Source of the DNA: Phoronis australis
Lineage: Eukaryota > Animalia > Phoronida
Direction: 5' to 3'
Length of the DNA stretch: 64,000 bases
NCBI GenBank assembly: GCA_002633005.1
Contig: NMRA01000056.1
Location: forward strand, 1,189,205 to 1,253,204
A program made the position numbers and the translations under genes. Numbering within the stretch: position 1 is the stretch's first letter; the number at the start of each line of letters is the position of its first letter. Shown in pieces: positions 46,838-59,300 of this stretch. The notes beneath the pieces were generated by a model, which was not told where the DNA came from, made no database searches, and saw only the letters and a list, made by a program, of their open reading frames with translations.

Positions 46838-49800
46838 ATGGAGTCCGATGATGATGATATCCCAGCAGTTGTTATAGACAATGGATCAGGGGTATTCAAG
46901 GCAGGATTTGGAGGAGACGATGCTCCAAGGGTGGTCTTTCCGTCAATTGTGGGACGACAGAGACACCAAGTGAGTTTTCAAATTAACATATTAGTTTTTA
47001 ATTGGCAAAATGATACAAATTCCAATTAACCTGGGAACATCAAGCACATTTGTTTGAAAGTTAATATTAACCTTAAGTAATTGCTTATTCTGAAACGGTT
47101 TCCCAACAGAAAATGTGAGTTCTTGATTTTTCAGAACTATGTGTGTTCACCACACGAAAATTAATTTTTGAGCAGATGAGAAGAAAATAAAGATGATGGC
47201 ATTAAATTAGATGAGGTATATACATAATATAAAAACCAGGAGTTATTATTACAAATGGTAATGTCCACATATTCAAGGTGTCACCCCCTCGTCAGTGTTT
47301 GGCTAAAGATGTCCATCACACCATCCTTCTAACTCATTTTATGATAAAAACATGGACCGATCACGAGAGCAATATCAGGTTACTGAGAGAGAGAGAGCAA
47401 TGTTGTTCTCTTGAGATGCATATAGTTGATATAACTGAAGGATTAGTCTAACAACATAATGTTTTATTACGTGTATGACCGAATTCTTCTTTGTTTTTAC
47501 ATGCTTTAATGTATTGCTGCTTGCTTTGTTTCCACTTTTAAGAGTTTATGCTTTCTGTAGCTTGCCATTGGTCAGTTCATCTGCCCTATGGGTGGTTTGA
47601 ATAAAAAGTGATATTGCCTACCCTGGCCACATCATCGCAGAATAGAAGTCATCATTTCAGCCAATCATACAAAAGAAGTATCAATTCCGTAGTTGTAAAA
47701 TAATGCATCTTACACACCAAAACACTCAGTTTCTGCTCAGTCAACCACAAATCTGAAATTTCTGTTTAAAGCAAGTACTGACTGGTACCGGAGACAAAGA
47801 CAGTTACATTGGCGAGGAGGCGCAGTTCAAACGCGACATCCTTACACTGAATTACCCTATGGAACATGGAATCGTCACTAACTGGGATGACATGGAGAAA
47901 ATCTGGCAACACGGCTATAACCAGCTGCGTGTCACTCCTGAGGAACACCCCGTCCTATTGACTGAGGCCACCCTTAACCCCATGGCCAACAGAGAAAAGA
48001 TAACCCAAATTATGTTTGAAAAGTTCAACACTCCTGCTTTCTATCTTGCCAAGCAAGCTGTAATGTCTCTGTATGCATCTGGGCGGGGCTCCGCAATCGT
48101 GCTTGAATCTGGCGACGGTGTTTCACATGTGATACCCCTTTATGAAGGTAAGTGCCCCTTGTTGTACTGATTTTGTAGCTTTCTTCGAAGGTGACATTTA
48201 TGTATCTGGGATTTTTAAAGCCACAAAGACGATTGGCAAATGCTGGCAGCCATGTTTTTTGGGAACTACCTTCCTGTTTTGTGATGTCAGGGTGACCTCA
48301 TACGGAATCCTCCCATATGATGGGTGCCAATTTGAGGAACTTGGACCCCCACTTTTCAAATCCTAAATGAGTCCTCGAGTCTGATTCAAATGGACTAAGA
48401 TTTTGTCTAAGGCAAAAGGCATGTCCAACTTATCAAGATTTACAGAAAATAAGTTGCCTAATGGATAATTGATTGTTTGAAAATCGGTAGACGTCTTTCA
48501 ACCTTCTTTGCTTACAAAATAACACCCTTTTTCATTTTAGTACCTCATATTGTAAAATGTCGAGACTCTATTACATACATGTGATAATTCCAATAAAACT
48601 GCCAGTAACATGTCAACTGTAGGTGAGAGAAAAACAGCTCAGGCTGTGGACATAGTGTTAAGTCATGATGCTTGAATCAGAGCACTAAGTACCAAATACA
48701 TTAGAATAATAGTTGCAGGATATCACAACCTCTTCCAAGGACTCGTGTGCAATAATGACTGGCAAAGCCCCACAAACCATTAATAATGTGTATTTATTGT
48801 CACCAGGCTATGTCACATTCCATGCCATCAATAGAATCGATCTGGGAGGAAGAGACATCACCTGTCACTTGATGAACATTCTGAATGAGCGAGGTTATAC
48901 GTTCTCTACAACAGGTAAACAGTTAACTACCACCTGACATGACCACTGCATCTTTTCTTTAATAGCAACAACAGAAGTAGTGAAATTGTGTGTAATTATT
49001 GTTACGAATAAGGATAGACTTCTTCAGGTCATTAGTGTTCACCAAAGCTACAAAACGATAAGACCTGTTGTCGTTGTCTGCCAGATATTCACTGAAATCA
49101 AGACTGGTGACCGTACCAATTGAATTCTCTTAAACTACTCTGCCATATATGGAATGGTATTCAGCCTCACCAGCACATTGTTAGACTGCAACTGCAGGTA
49201 TTACAAGGTCGATTGAATGCTGATGCTGATCTCAATAAGCCATTTTTCTAGTCAATAATATCCATTTAGCACCAGCTGACCACTATGCATCGCCTCCAGC
49301 AACAAAATAAACATACTTTCTCATGAACACTTTATGCAAAACCCAGTGTACCGTATTTCTACTTGCAAATGTAACACTGCAGGAGAAAGAGACATAGTCC
49401 GGGACATCAAAGAGAAACTGTGCTACGTTGCACTGGACTTTGAGCATGACATGGCTACACTGTGTCACTCTGCAAGCCTTGAGAAAAGCTACAAGCTACC
49501 AGATGGAAAAGTCGTAACCATTGGCAACGAGAGATTCAGAGCACCTGAAGCATTATTCCAGCCTTCTTTTGTTGGTGAGTGTATCTTTTGAAGGGTGTAC
49601 ACTCTTACTTTTCAAAAACAGAAGGTCCAGGGTCCAAACCAATGGACAAGTGTCTAAAAACTTGGGAACTTGTAAAATGTAGAGAAAATTTCAGAGAAAG
49701 GAGAGCTATCATCAACTTACATGAACTAAAACAAACTTACCAGCTTATTTTTTCATGCCAGTGCATAAGTTATGTCATCGATCAAAGTAACACGATTATT

Positions 49801-51631
49801 GTGTAATTTAGGTATGGACGGCCATGGTATTCACGAGATGGTGTATGACTCCATTATGAAGTGCGACATTGACATTCGAAAGCACCTGTACTGTAACATC
49901 GTTGTGTCAGGAGGCAACACTATGTATCCAGGTGAGGAGACGTCTTTTCAGACACTGAATTTGTCAGTTACTGACCTCTAAACTTGTCATGATCAAAGTG
50001 AAAGTCAATGAAAAGTGCGAAATGAGCACAAACAAATCTTGTAGAGCCTGACTTTGCAAGATACAGTTTACGGGCTACACTTGCGTTGTAATAAAAGGTA
50101 TCTCATTTTACTGTGCACTGTAACACGCCATTATCAAAGGTTGAATGTTTTTAAAAGTAAGAAACATCCAAGTGAACATAAACGGTAAGTGATCTGCACA
50201 GCTGTCAGTTCAGATAAGTTCTGATCAAAGCATTAAATCCATTAAATGCAGCTCCACTAAGTGTTTTTGACACAAATAGCAGCTCCATGAAGTGTTTTAG
50301 GCAGAGAGCCAGCTTCTTCCCCATTCAGTTGGGCAGACAATCATATCACTTTTGAAGCACCAAATGGCAACCCTACTCCGAATTCCAACTCAGTGAGAGT
50401 AGGATCTGTCAAAAGCTAGGACTACTTATAGGGACAGCATCAGTTTTTTAGGCAGAAAATGTATTTTTGGGATTACTGTTGTTCGAAGCATATATCGAGA
50501 AGTTCCATACTCGTCTGGGTTACCGACCAGGGCGATTAAATTGGGAATCTAAAAAACAGGGGTGGGCGGTAAGCATGGGCCCTTAAAAATGAAAAATTAA
50601 AAATTTCGGGAGTGGGCGGTAAACCGATCATGGGCGTTAACCCGAGCGAGTACGGTAATTAGCTTTTACCGGCTATAAAACATGATTTTGCTACAAATTG
50701 CCAATTCTGGCCATTTTTCCCTGGTCATATATAACCTTAACCAGACCATTTAGGTGATGACAACTCAATCGAAGATTGAATGCAGTTTGTTTGGAACGAC
50801 TTCTCTTCTTCTATCAGTCATGTATGTAACAAATCTTTGTCGACCAGTCTGAGGCATTTTGACTTCATAAAATTTTGCTAGAGCCGTTCGAAAATTGATT
50901 TTTACAATAGTGCATTGGAAGATTTGCATGAAATTTTGCACCCTAATTTTACGTGTGGTTTACGATACAGGGAATAATGCCCATCGCAAAATTAAAATTT
51001 ACCAAGAAAATAGGTTCATTCATAACAAAAAACGACATCATTAACTTAACAAAATTTCTTTTTGGTATAAATGTTCAAGATAAAATTTAAAAAACACTAA
51101 CAATTTTCTAAATTATCTCTTCGATTCTGTCTGATGCAACTTTTTCATGAAATCCTGAAAGCCATAATTTTTCATAGCACCTCATGCAAAAGCAGATATT
51201 ATAGTTTAAAAACAATTCCCGACAACGCTTTGGAGAACAGTGCACCAAGTAAACTATCTGAATTTTTTTAATCCGGCTAGCCCTTCCTGAGATATCACAT
51301 GTCGAATTTAACCAAATTTTGGCATTTTATTAGAGTCTCACATAACAAACAACAATGAATGAGATAATAGAACAACTTATTGTTGAAATTATTAAACTTC
51401 TTGGAGCTTGAAATTCTCATTGCAGGAATTGGTGAACGTATGCAAAAAGAAATATCAGTCTTGGCTCCCAGCAGCGTAAAAGTGAAAATCGTTGCTCCGC
51501 CAGAGCGTAAATACTCGGCGTGGATTGGTGGATCCATCTTGTCATCTCTGTCAAGCTTCTCACAGATTTGGATCAGCAAACAGGAATATGATGAGAGTGG
51601 ACCAAGCATTGTGCACAGGAAGTGTTTCTAA
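46838..51631 (+). CDS. act: Divergent actin copy 2, 377 aa, 6 coding exons
   Basis: Exons 46838-46969, 47772-48147, 48807-48914, 49383-49574, 49812-49931, 51426-51631 (1134 nt, open frame, GT-AG); [24 protein letters not shown]...[20 protein letters not shown]. Confidence 0.95.
50505..50655. mobile_element. ~150-bp Tc2/pogo-type MITE in the last intron of actin 2
   Basis: Ends CCATACTCGTCTGGGTTA / TAACCCGAGCGAGTACGG followed by TA; same insertion at 59985-60136; apparent empty site in actin 1 (~40125 AGAAGTTATTAGCTTT). Confidence 0.75.
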
Positions 51632-52307
51632 TTGGACGATTTGAGCACCGGAAAAGTGCTTGATTGACAAACTTGGACTTAAGAAATGCTTTGACAGCAA
51701 TTGTTTACGTGTTTAATCTGTTTTGCTGACAGATACTTTTACACTCTAAGATAGTCATGGGTCATGTCTCTTGTTCCTAAAACTGACGATGGGCTTGATT
51801 GGTATGAAGTCCCTTGACTGACCAATATACTCACATCAAGTGTCTGTGACGGATTAGCACATCTGAGAATAGAAAATTGGTGACTCACTTGAACAAAAGT
51901 TTTTAGAGATCTGCGCAAGACTGAGACGCGATTGTCACTCAAAAGATTTAAACATAATTTTGAAGACTGCAGTCCACAACAGACCAATATCAATGTATTG
52001 TCGTTATCAATTGTAACTAAAAAAACATGACAAGATTTTGAAGACTTTGCAGTCCTATAGACCACAACAGACCAATATCAATGTATTATCTTTGCCAATT
52101 TTAACTAAGAAAATGTGACCAGATGATCAAGATCTAGATGTATTTAGAAATCTAAAAATCAATTAAACAGTCAAATTCTTGTTATCAGCTATAGTGTTAG
52201 AAGTGTATATTGCCATGCAACTGTGCTTGACATTACAGTTAGTGAAAATAATGATCCCGGTTATCTTGGACAATACATTTTTTTCCATTTCAATTGTTGT
52301 TCTCCTG

Positions 52308-52457
52308 GGATGAGTTGCACAAATCTTCAAACGTTATCCACTGAATAAGTTTGATTGTTGCACGGCATCAGATGCATTGTTCAACAATAACAACGTGACG
52401 CGTGATAATGCGACGTCATTGTTGCCAAACGGCGTATAACTTATACGCAACTGGGCC
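52308..52457 (-). mobile_element. 150-bp PIF/Harbinger-like MITE, opposite orientation to 41922-42071
   Basis: Reverse complement of 41922-42071; CTG target duplication at 52305-52307 and 52458-52460. Confidence 0.8.
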
Positions 52458-52504
52458 CTGGTGTGTAATTAGTATCCACGGAACAATAGGAAGTGATGGA
52501 CCAG

Positions 52505-52673
52505 CATCTTGGTTCTGCATTCACTTCCACTGAGCAACAGGAAGTGATGTCATCGACCCAACAAATGGCATCCATCTTGGTTCTGCATTCACTTCCACTG
52601 AGCAACAGGAAGTGATGTCATCGACCCAACAAATGGCATCCATCTTGGTTCTGCATTCACTTCCACTGAGCAA
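52505..52673 (+). repeat. 68-bp perfect tandem repeat (2.5 copies) with an inverted copy at ~52730-52796
   Basis: CATCTTGGTTCTGCATTCACTTCCACTGAGCAACAGGAAGTGATGTCATCGACCCAACAAATGGCATC begins at 52505, 52573 and 52641 (partial). Confidence 0.9.
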
Positions 52674-55449
52674 ACACGAATGACCGATACCAACTGTGCA
52701 ATAGGGAGTAAGACATTATGTTTCCTCCATGGAAGTGAATGCAGAACCAAGATGGATGCCATTTGTTGGGTCGATGACATCACTTCCTGTTGCTCCATGG
52801 ATAGTAAGTACATACCAGGGGAACAGCAATTAGCACAGGACAATGTATTTCCAAAAGAGCCACGGATGTCTATTTATGCTTGCGTTACGGTTTAACATGC
52901 AACATTACCCCAGTTGACTCGGAATTATAAAAGAGTACCGGATGGGAAGTAAACCTCCCATGCAGGCCTTCATGCAGCGTATGCCCTAGCACTAATCTGA
53001 GCTACCTGGCAAGGACGCCCAATGTCAATAAGAACCTTTCAAGTTTGGACTCACACATTGTAATGGATACTAGGAAGCCTCTGAAGGCTCACAGTGGGGG
53101 CTCTTTTTTCAAAGCATGAAGAAATATACAATGTATATACAAAATATATGCATTGTTGCTATTTTGACACTTGATTGACAGCATTGTAAGTCTTAGTCTA
53201 CACAGTTTTGTTTAGTAAAAATGCTCACCATAGAAGACTGTTTTATAAACTTAGATGTAAAAACCTTGATCTAGGCATTTTTTTGTAAAAAAATCTGTGT
53301 GTTTGGGGGTATTNCGTCGGAATCATGGATGCCCTGGAATATTGGGAACCCCATTTTGGACACCCTATTTTCAAAATCCTGGATAAATGCATTGGCGTCC
53401 CGGTCAGAAGGAACTGAAAGATCTACTCATGTTTCCGAAACCAATATTAGGAACTGGGCCAATGAGCCTGACGATTTGTGAAGAATTTACTAATTTACAT
53501 ATAACAAAACATCTTTTAGTAATGCGTAGACGTACGTTCAAGTTAAAAAACTATAAACCAGTCAGTCAAAGGTTTGTGCTGTGGTTGCAGTTAAGAAATG
53601 AAATTTACAGTAGGAGCATAGCACACGTAGCCTGTATCTAAATACATGCAGTAAACTGAATACTGTAATGCTCTCTTGGTATAAAATCGCTGTACTTGAA
53701 TGACTTCACTTCGTCGGGTATTCTTGTAATGTTGTGTCATTTTATTTTTGCCTGTGATGAGACAAGAAGAGTCTCCAAATATAGCTGTCATTTTAATCAT
53801 TAGTTTCTTATGTCTCTTGGCCGACTGCTTCACTGTTGTTCAGTGAACGACCGTCAAAGGTACAGAGAGGTCGAGAGAACGTTGTTGAAAATTATTAATC
53901 ATGAACATTGTCCTTTGTTCAACAAATTTTGTCAACACGAGGGGCTGCTAACCAATTTATTCCGAAGATACGAATATTAAGCTTTTAAAAACCCCAGGAC
54001 AGTTTCCTTAGATAAAAATGTCACCTTTTCTGACAAGTTTCAATGGCCAAATGGAAAACAGCATCTCAAATCAAGGAACTTTCAGGTAATCCTTCATTTC
54101 ACTTCAGGATTGCTCTAGTTAGCTTAAGCACATGGAGTCATTTCAACAAATTTTAACTTAAACACAGAAAAAAGCAATAGTGTTAATAAAAATGATAAAG
54201 GTTTTCATCTAAATATTAATATGTGAAGTTGAAAATGCACATAGCAAGAAGTGATCGATACGAGAGTTCTTGAACTATTTGATGAAGCCTAAACCTAAAG
54301 AGGCTCACTATGGAAATGGCGACTGCATGAATAAGAACTTTACACAATACATGTACCAAAACAAGCTGTATTAGCAAAATCCTATGAAAATACATGAAAC
54401 GTTTCCTAAATAAATATAGCAATGTGGAATTATAATGCCAAAATATCCATTTACTTGCTTTCTTTAGTGTTTCAAAAGAAATGCCAACAAATACCATTGA
54501 CACATAGGAAGAATAGCAAGAAGCTTGCACAACTCCACACAATATATTGACCATACAAAAGTAGGTCAAATTAATGACCTATTTAACAAAATCCAGCGAC
54601 TGGTGGGATTGCCCTGTGAAAACTGTCAGTGCATGTATGTCCTTAAGAGCTATGGAAACAGGTAAAGGGAACTGGCTTTCATTGGACATAACATGGTGAC
54701 AGGCCACGTCTTAAGGCCAAAAGAATAAATACAAGAAGGTACTAAACAAGATTGGAACTAATCTTCATGACACAGCAGAATGAGGTCAAACCCACTGAGG
54801 TAATGGGATGGTGTGAAAGTAACCTAAGGAAATTAATTACTACACGTGAGCACCAAAACATATTTACAGCAAGGTAAATGTCATTTCTAAAAACCTGTTT
54901 TTGTCTAGGATACAGTTTGCGCTTTTGTAACATGGGGCAACTTTGTGTACTGTTCCTAATTTTAGCCAGGCCTGACCTACTACAGACCAAATGAAGTACA
55001 GCGAATGTTTCTGCACCAGGATTTTAACATCATTACACGGTGTATTGTTGCTTGAAGTCAGCAATTTTGACTTTACCTAATTATGGATTTACGTATCTGA
55101 ATATCGCTTGAATCGTAACAAAGTGTGGCACATAATGACGACCAGATATGGAATTGAAATGAACGAATAAGCCTACTGGTATTTACTTTTGTGAAAACAA
55201 TCAATGAAAGTGCGTCACGAGAATGTGCTGCTTGTTTTTAAATTTGAAATACAATATCAAATAGCAAACGATGGGGCCGAATTCACTAACACAAAGTATT
55301 GTCACTCAGAATCTGTTTAGGAATGTATAGAACAATAAATGTGAGGACCCATGCAACTCTGCTACGAAGTCGACTAGCTAATAACAATTCCTAGGCATGA
55401 AGATGTAGAAGATTATTCTGCCATGTTACTGTCAGTATTGGTTCTTACA

Positions 55450-55592
55450 GGGAATGAATCAGGGATTGATGATCCAAAACGACCATTTAAGGAGTGAACA
55501 CTGTGTGGGGGAGACTTCATGGAAACTGGGATATGTTCTGTAGAGAAATCAAGTTTCTTGTGAGAAAAGCGCGGATATCGCGTGAATGAAAG
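55450..55592 (+). promoter_or_regulatory. Probable promoter and non-coding exon 1 of actin copy 3
   Basis: CArG CCATTTAAGG 55483, GGAATG 55451, donor AAG|GTATTT at 55592; paralogous to 45737-45883. Confidence 0.55.
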
Positions 55593-56376
55593 GTATTTCG
55601 GGACTAAAGTCGAAACCATACTAGGCTATAGGCTAGCAAAATGGCAACTGCTGAAATGGTTGGCTGTCTAGGCTGGAATTTTGCAATATGGGAGAAAATT
55701 CGCATATTCCATGATACCAGAAGTGGAGATTTATTGCTGCAAATGATTTACACTAATGCATGTACCCTTGCTTCCTGGTAAACACTGTAGTTCAGTTTGC
55801 GCTAATCTGATACAATAGGAGGATTACTTTGTTTCACGGAACTGGATGAGAAAGTTGTTTTAAATATCTGCCAATAGGTAAAACCATGTTTTTTGTAATC
55901 CTTTTAAGTATCCCACAGCACAACAGTGGTAATTTGATGGCATGTTGAATGCAAATAATTTCGAAAAAAATGCAGTGAAATCCCATTGTTTTAAACCTCA
56001 TCCAAATTTATCCAAATCAAAGGAGAAGACTCCAGGTGGCACTGAAAATTGTCCCCCAAATAAGAACTCTATCATCATCCAGTGATATAACAAATAGCAT
56101 TTCCGAACCAGAAAGTGGTCTTCAGGGATCTGTACAATGTCAATGTGTTTGGTATTCTCATGCCATAGGATAAATTTTGATAACTAATTATGTTTGAAAG
56201 TCTTCTAATGCATTCTGCCGAGTATTACTTTAAACAGATGTTCATTCTCTTGAGAAAGCTACATGTTGGACATACAACACTATGCAATTGAAGCTTAATA
56301 TCAAAATGTTAATTAGATATCCTTGCTGTTCATTCGAATTACACAGTGACTTTATTCCTGGCCTAGATAAAACAAA

Positions 56377-59300
56377 ATGGAGGCCGATGATGACGATATC
56401 GAGGCACTCGTTATAGACAACGGATCAGGGATATTCAAGGCAGGATTCTCAGGAGACGATGCCCCAAGGGTGGTCTTTCCTTCAATTGTGGGACGACAGA
56501 GTCACCAAGTGAGTTTTCAAATCAATACATTAATTTTTATTTGGTAAGAAGATACAAATTCCAATTAATCATGTCTTTGACTGAAAGTTAATATTGGTAG
56601 GGAAATTAAATTTTTGAACAGAAAAAGTAAAGGTGTTTCAACCATAGCTGTAGTTGGTCAGTTCGTCTACTGTATGGGTGGCTTGAATAAAAAGTGATAT
56701 TGCCTAGCCTGGCCACCTCACCCCAGAATGGAAGTCGTCATTTCAGCCAATCATATGAAAGAAGTATCAGTACCGTAGCTGTGAAATAATACATCTTACA
56801 CATCTAAGACATCTTACACACCAAAACAGTCAGTTTTTGCTCAGTCAACCACAAATCTGAGCTCTCTGATTAAAGCAGGCATTGACTGGCGTCGGAGACA
56901 AAGACAGTTACATTGGCAATGAGGCACAGTTTAAACGAGACATCCTTACACTGAATTATCCTATGGAACATGGAATCGTCACCAACTGGGATGACATGGA
57001 GAAAATCTGGCAACACGGCTATAACCAGCTGCATGTCGCCCCTGAGGAGCACCCCGTCCTATTGACTGAAGCCACGCTTAACCCCATGGCCAACAGAGAG
57101 AAAACAACTCAAATTATGTTTGAGAAGTTTAATACCCCCGCCTTCTTTGTCGCCGTTCAAGCTGTAATGTCTCAGTATGCATGTGGGCGGGTCTCCTCAA
57201 TCGTGCTTGAATCTGGCGACGGTGTTTCACACGTGGTACCCCTTTACGAAGGTAAGTGCCCCTTGTTGTACTGATGTTGTAGCTTTCTTAGAGGGTGAAA
57301 TTTATGTATCTGGGATTTTTAAAACCGTAGAACAATTGGGATAGTGTAGCAGGAACACTGTATTCTGACCGTAAACCATTTACAACCTTAGAAAGAGACT
57401 ACTTAACAGTTATAGTAAGACTCCCATAAATCGGATCAGGGACTCATCTGGCAGCCGTCACTGGGACAACCACTTTCAAAAATGACAGCTTGGAAGGCAA
57501 TAGAAAAAAACCTCTTTCAAGACAACATCTGCGTAAACGATGGGTAAACAAAGGATTTTAAAATTTCTTACTGATAAATGTTATTGAAACCTACATTTCG
57601 TTATTTCAGTTCTACATAAATTGAAATCACAGACAATTACCGTACCACGAATGTCATATTGACTGTTGGCAATTGCTGGCAGCCATGTTTTTGGGGGAAA
57701 TAGCTTCCTGTCCTGTGATGTCAGGGTGACCTCACATGGAATACCCGCATATGGCGAGTGTCAATCCCATGATTTGTACCCCCACTTTTCAAATCCTAGA
57801 TGAGTCCCTGGGAAGGATTCAGCGGGACTGAGATTTTGTCAAAGACAAAAATCTGACTTGCGCATGTTCGACTTATGGTAGTTTTACTGAGACTAAGTTG
57901 TTGGTTTCAAAATCTAAAGACCACTTGATAACCTTCTTTCCTTACATATAACTTCCTTCTTAATTTTAGTACCTCGCATTGTAAAGTGTCAAGAGTCTAT
58001 TACATACATGTGATAATTAAAAAAAAAATGCCAGCAACATGTCAACTGTAGGTGAGAGAAAAACAGTCTGGGTTGCGGACGAGGAACTGATGCATAGGAC
58101 AGAGCACTGAGTACCAGATATCACAAACTCTTCCAAAGTTTTGTGTGCAAAAATGACTGATAAAGCTCCACAAACCAATAATAATATGTATTTCTTGTCT
58201 CCAGGCTATGTCTCATTCCATGCCATTAATAGAATAGATCTGGGAGGAAGAGACATCACCTGTCACTTGATGAACATTCTCAATGAGCGAGGTTATACGT
58301 TCTCTACAACAGGTAAACATTTAACTGCCATCTTGTGGCATGACTACTGCTTTTCCTAAAAAGAAACAACAGAAGTAGTGTAATTGTGTGTAATTGTTGT
58401 TACGAATTAGGATAGACTTCTTTAAATGATTAGTATTCACCAAAGCTACAAAATGACAAAAAATGTTGTCGTTGTCAGCCAGATATTCACTGAAATCAAG
58501 GCTCTGGTGACTGTACCAATTGAATTCTCTTAAACTACTCTGCCATATATGGAATGGTGTTCAGCCTCGCCAGCACATTGTTAGACAACAACTGCAGGTA
58601 TTACAAGGTCGATTGAATGCTGATGCTGATCTCCATAAACCATTTTTCTAGTCAATAATAACCATTTACCACAAGCTGACCAGTACGCATCGCCTCCAGC
58701 AACAAAATAAACATACTTTCTCATGAACACTTTGTGCAAAATCCAGTGTATTTCTTCTTGCAAATGTAACACTACAGGAGAAAGAGACATAGTGTGCAAA
58801 ATCCAGTGTATTTCTTCTTGCAAATGTAACACTGCAGGAGAAAGAGACATAGTCCGGGACATCAAAGAGAAACTGTGCTACGTTTCGCTGAACTTTGAGC
58901 AGGAAATGGCAACACTGTCTAATTCTTCAAGCCTGGAGAAAAGCTACAAGCTACCAGATGGAAAAATCGTAACCATTGGCAACGAGAGATTCAGAGCACC
59001 AGAAGCATTATTCCAGCCTTCTTTTGTTGGTGAGTGTATCGCTTGAAGGGTGTATACTCCTGCTTTGCAAAAACATAAGGTCTAGGGCCTAAACCAATGG
59101 ACAAGTGTCTAGAACTTGAGAACTCGTAAAATGTAGAGAAAAATTCAGAGAAAGGAGAGCTATCATCAACTTACAGGAACAAACAAACTTCCAAGCTTAT
59201 TTTTTTCATGCCAGTGCATAAGTTACGCCATTTTACAAAGTAACCTGATTATTGTGTAATTTAGGCATGGACGGCCATGGTATTCACGAGATGGTGTATG

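Noticed and set aside
52505-52673. Regular repeats as a CRISPR-like array
   Set aside because: The units are contiguous and identical with no unique spacers; eukaryotic context
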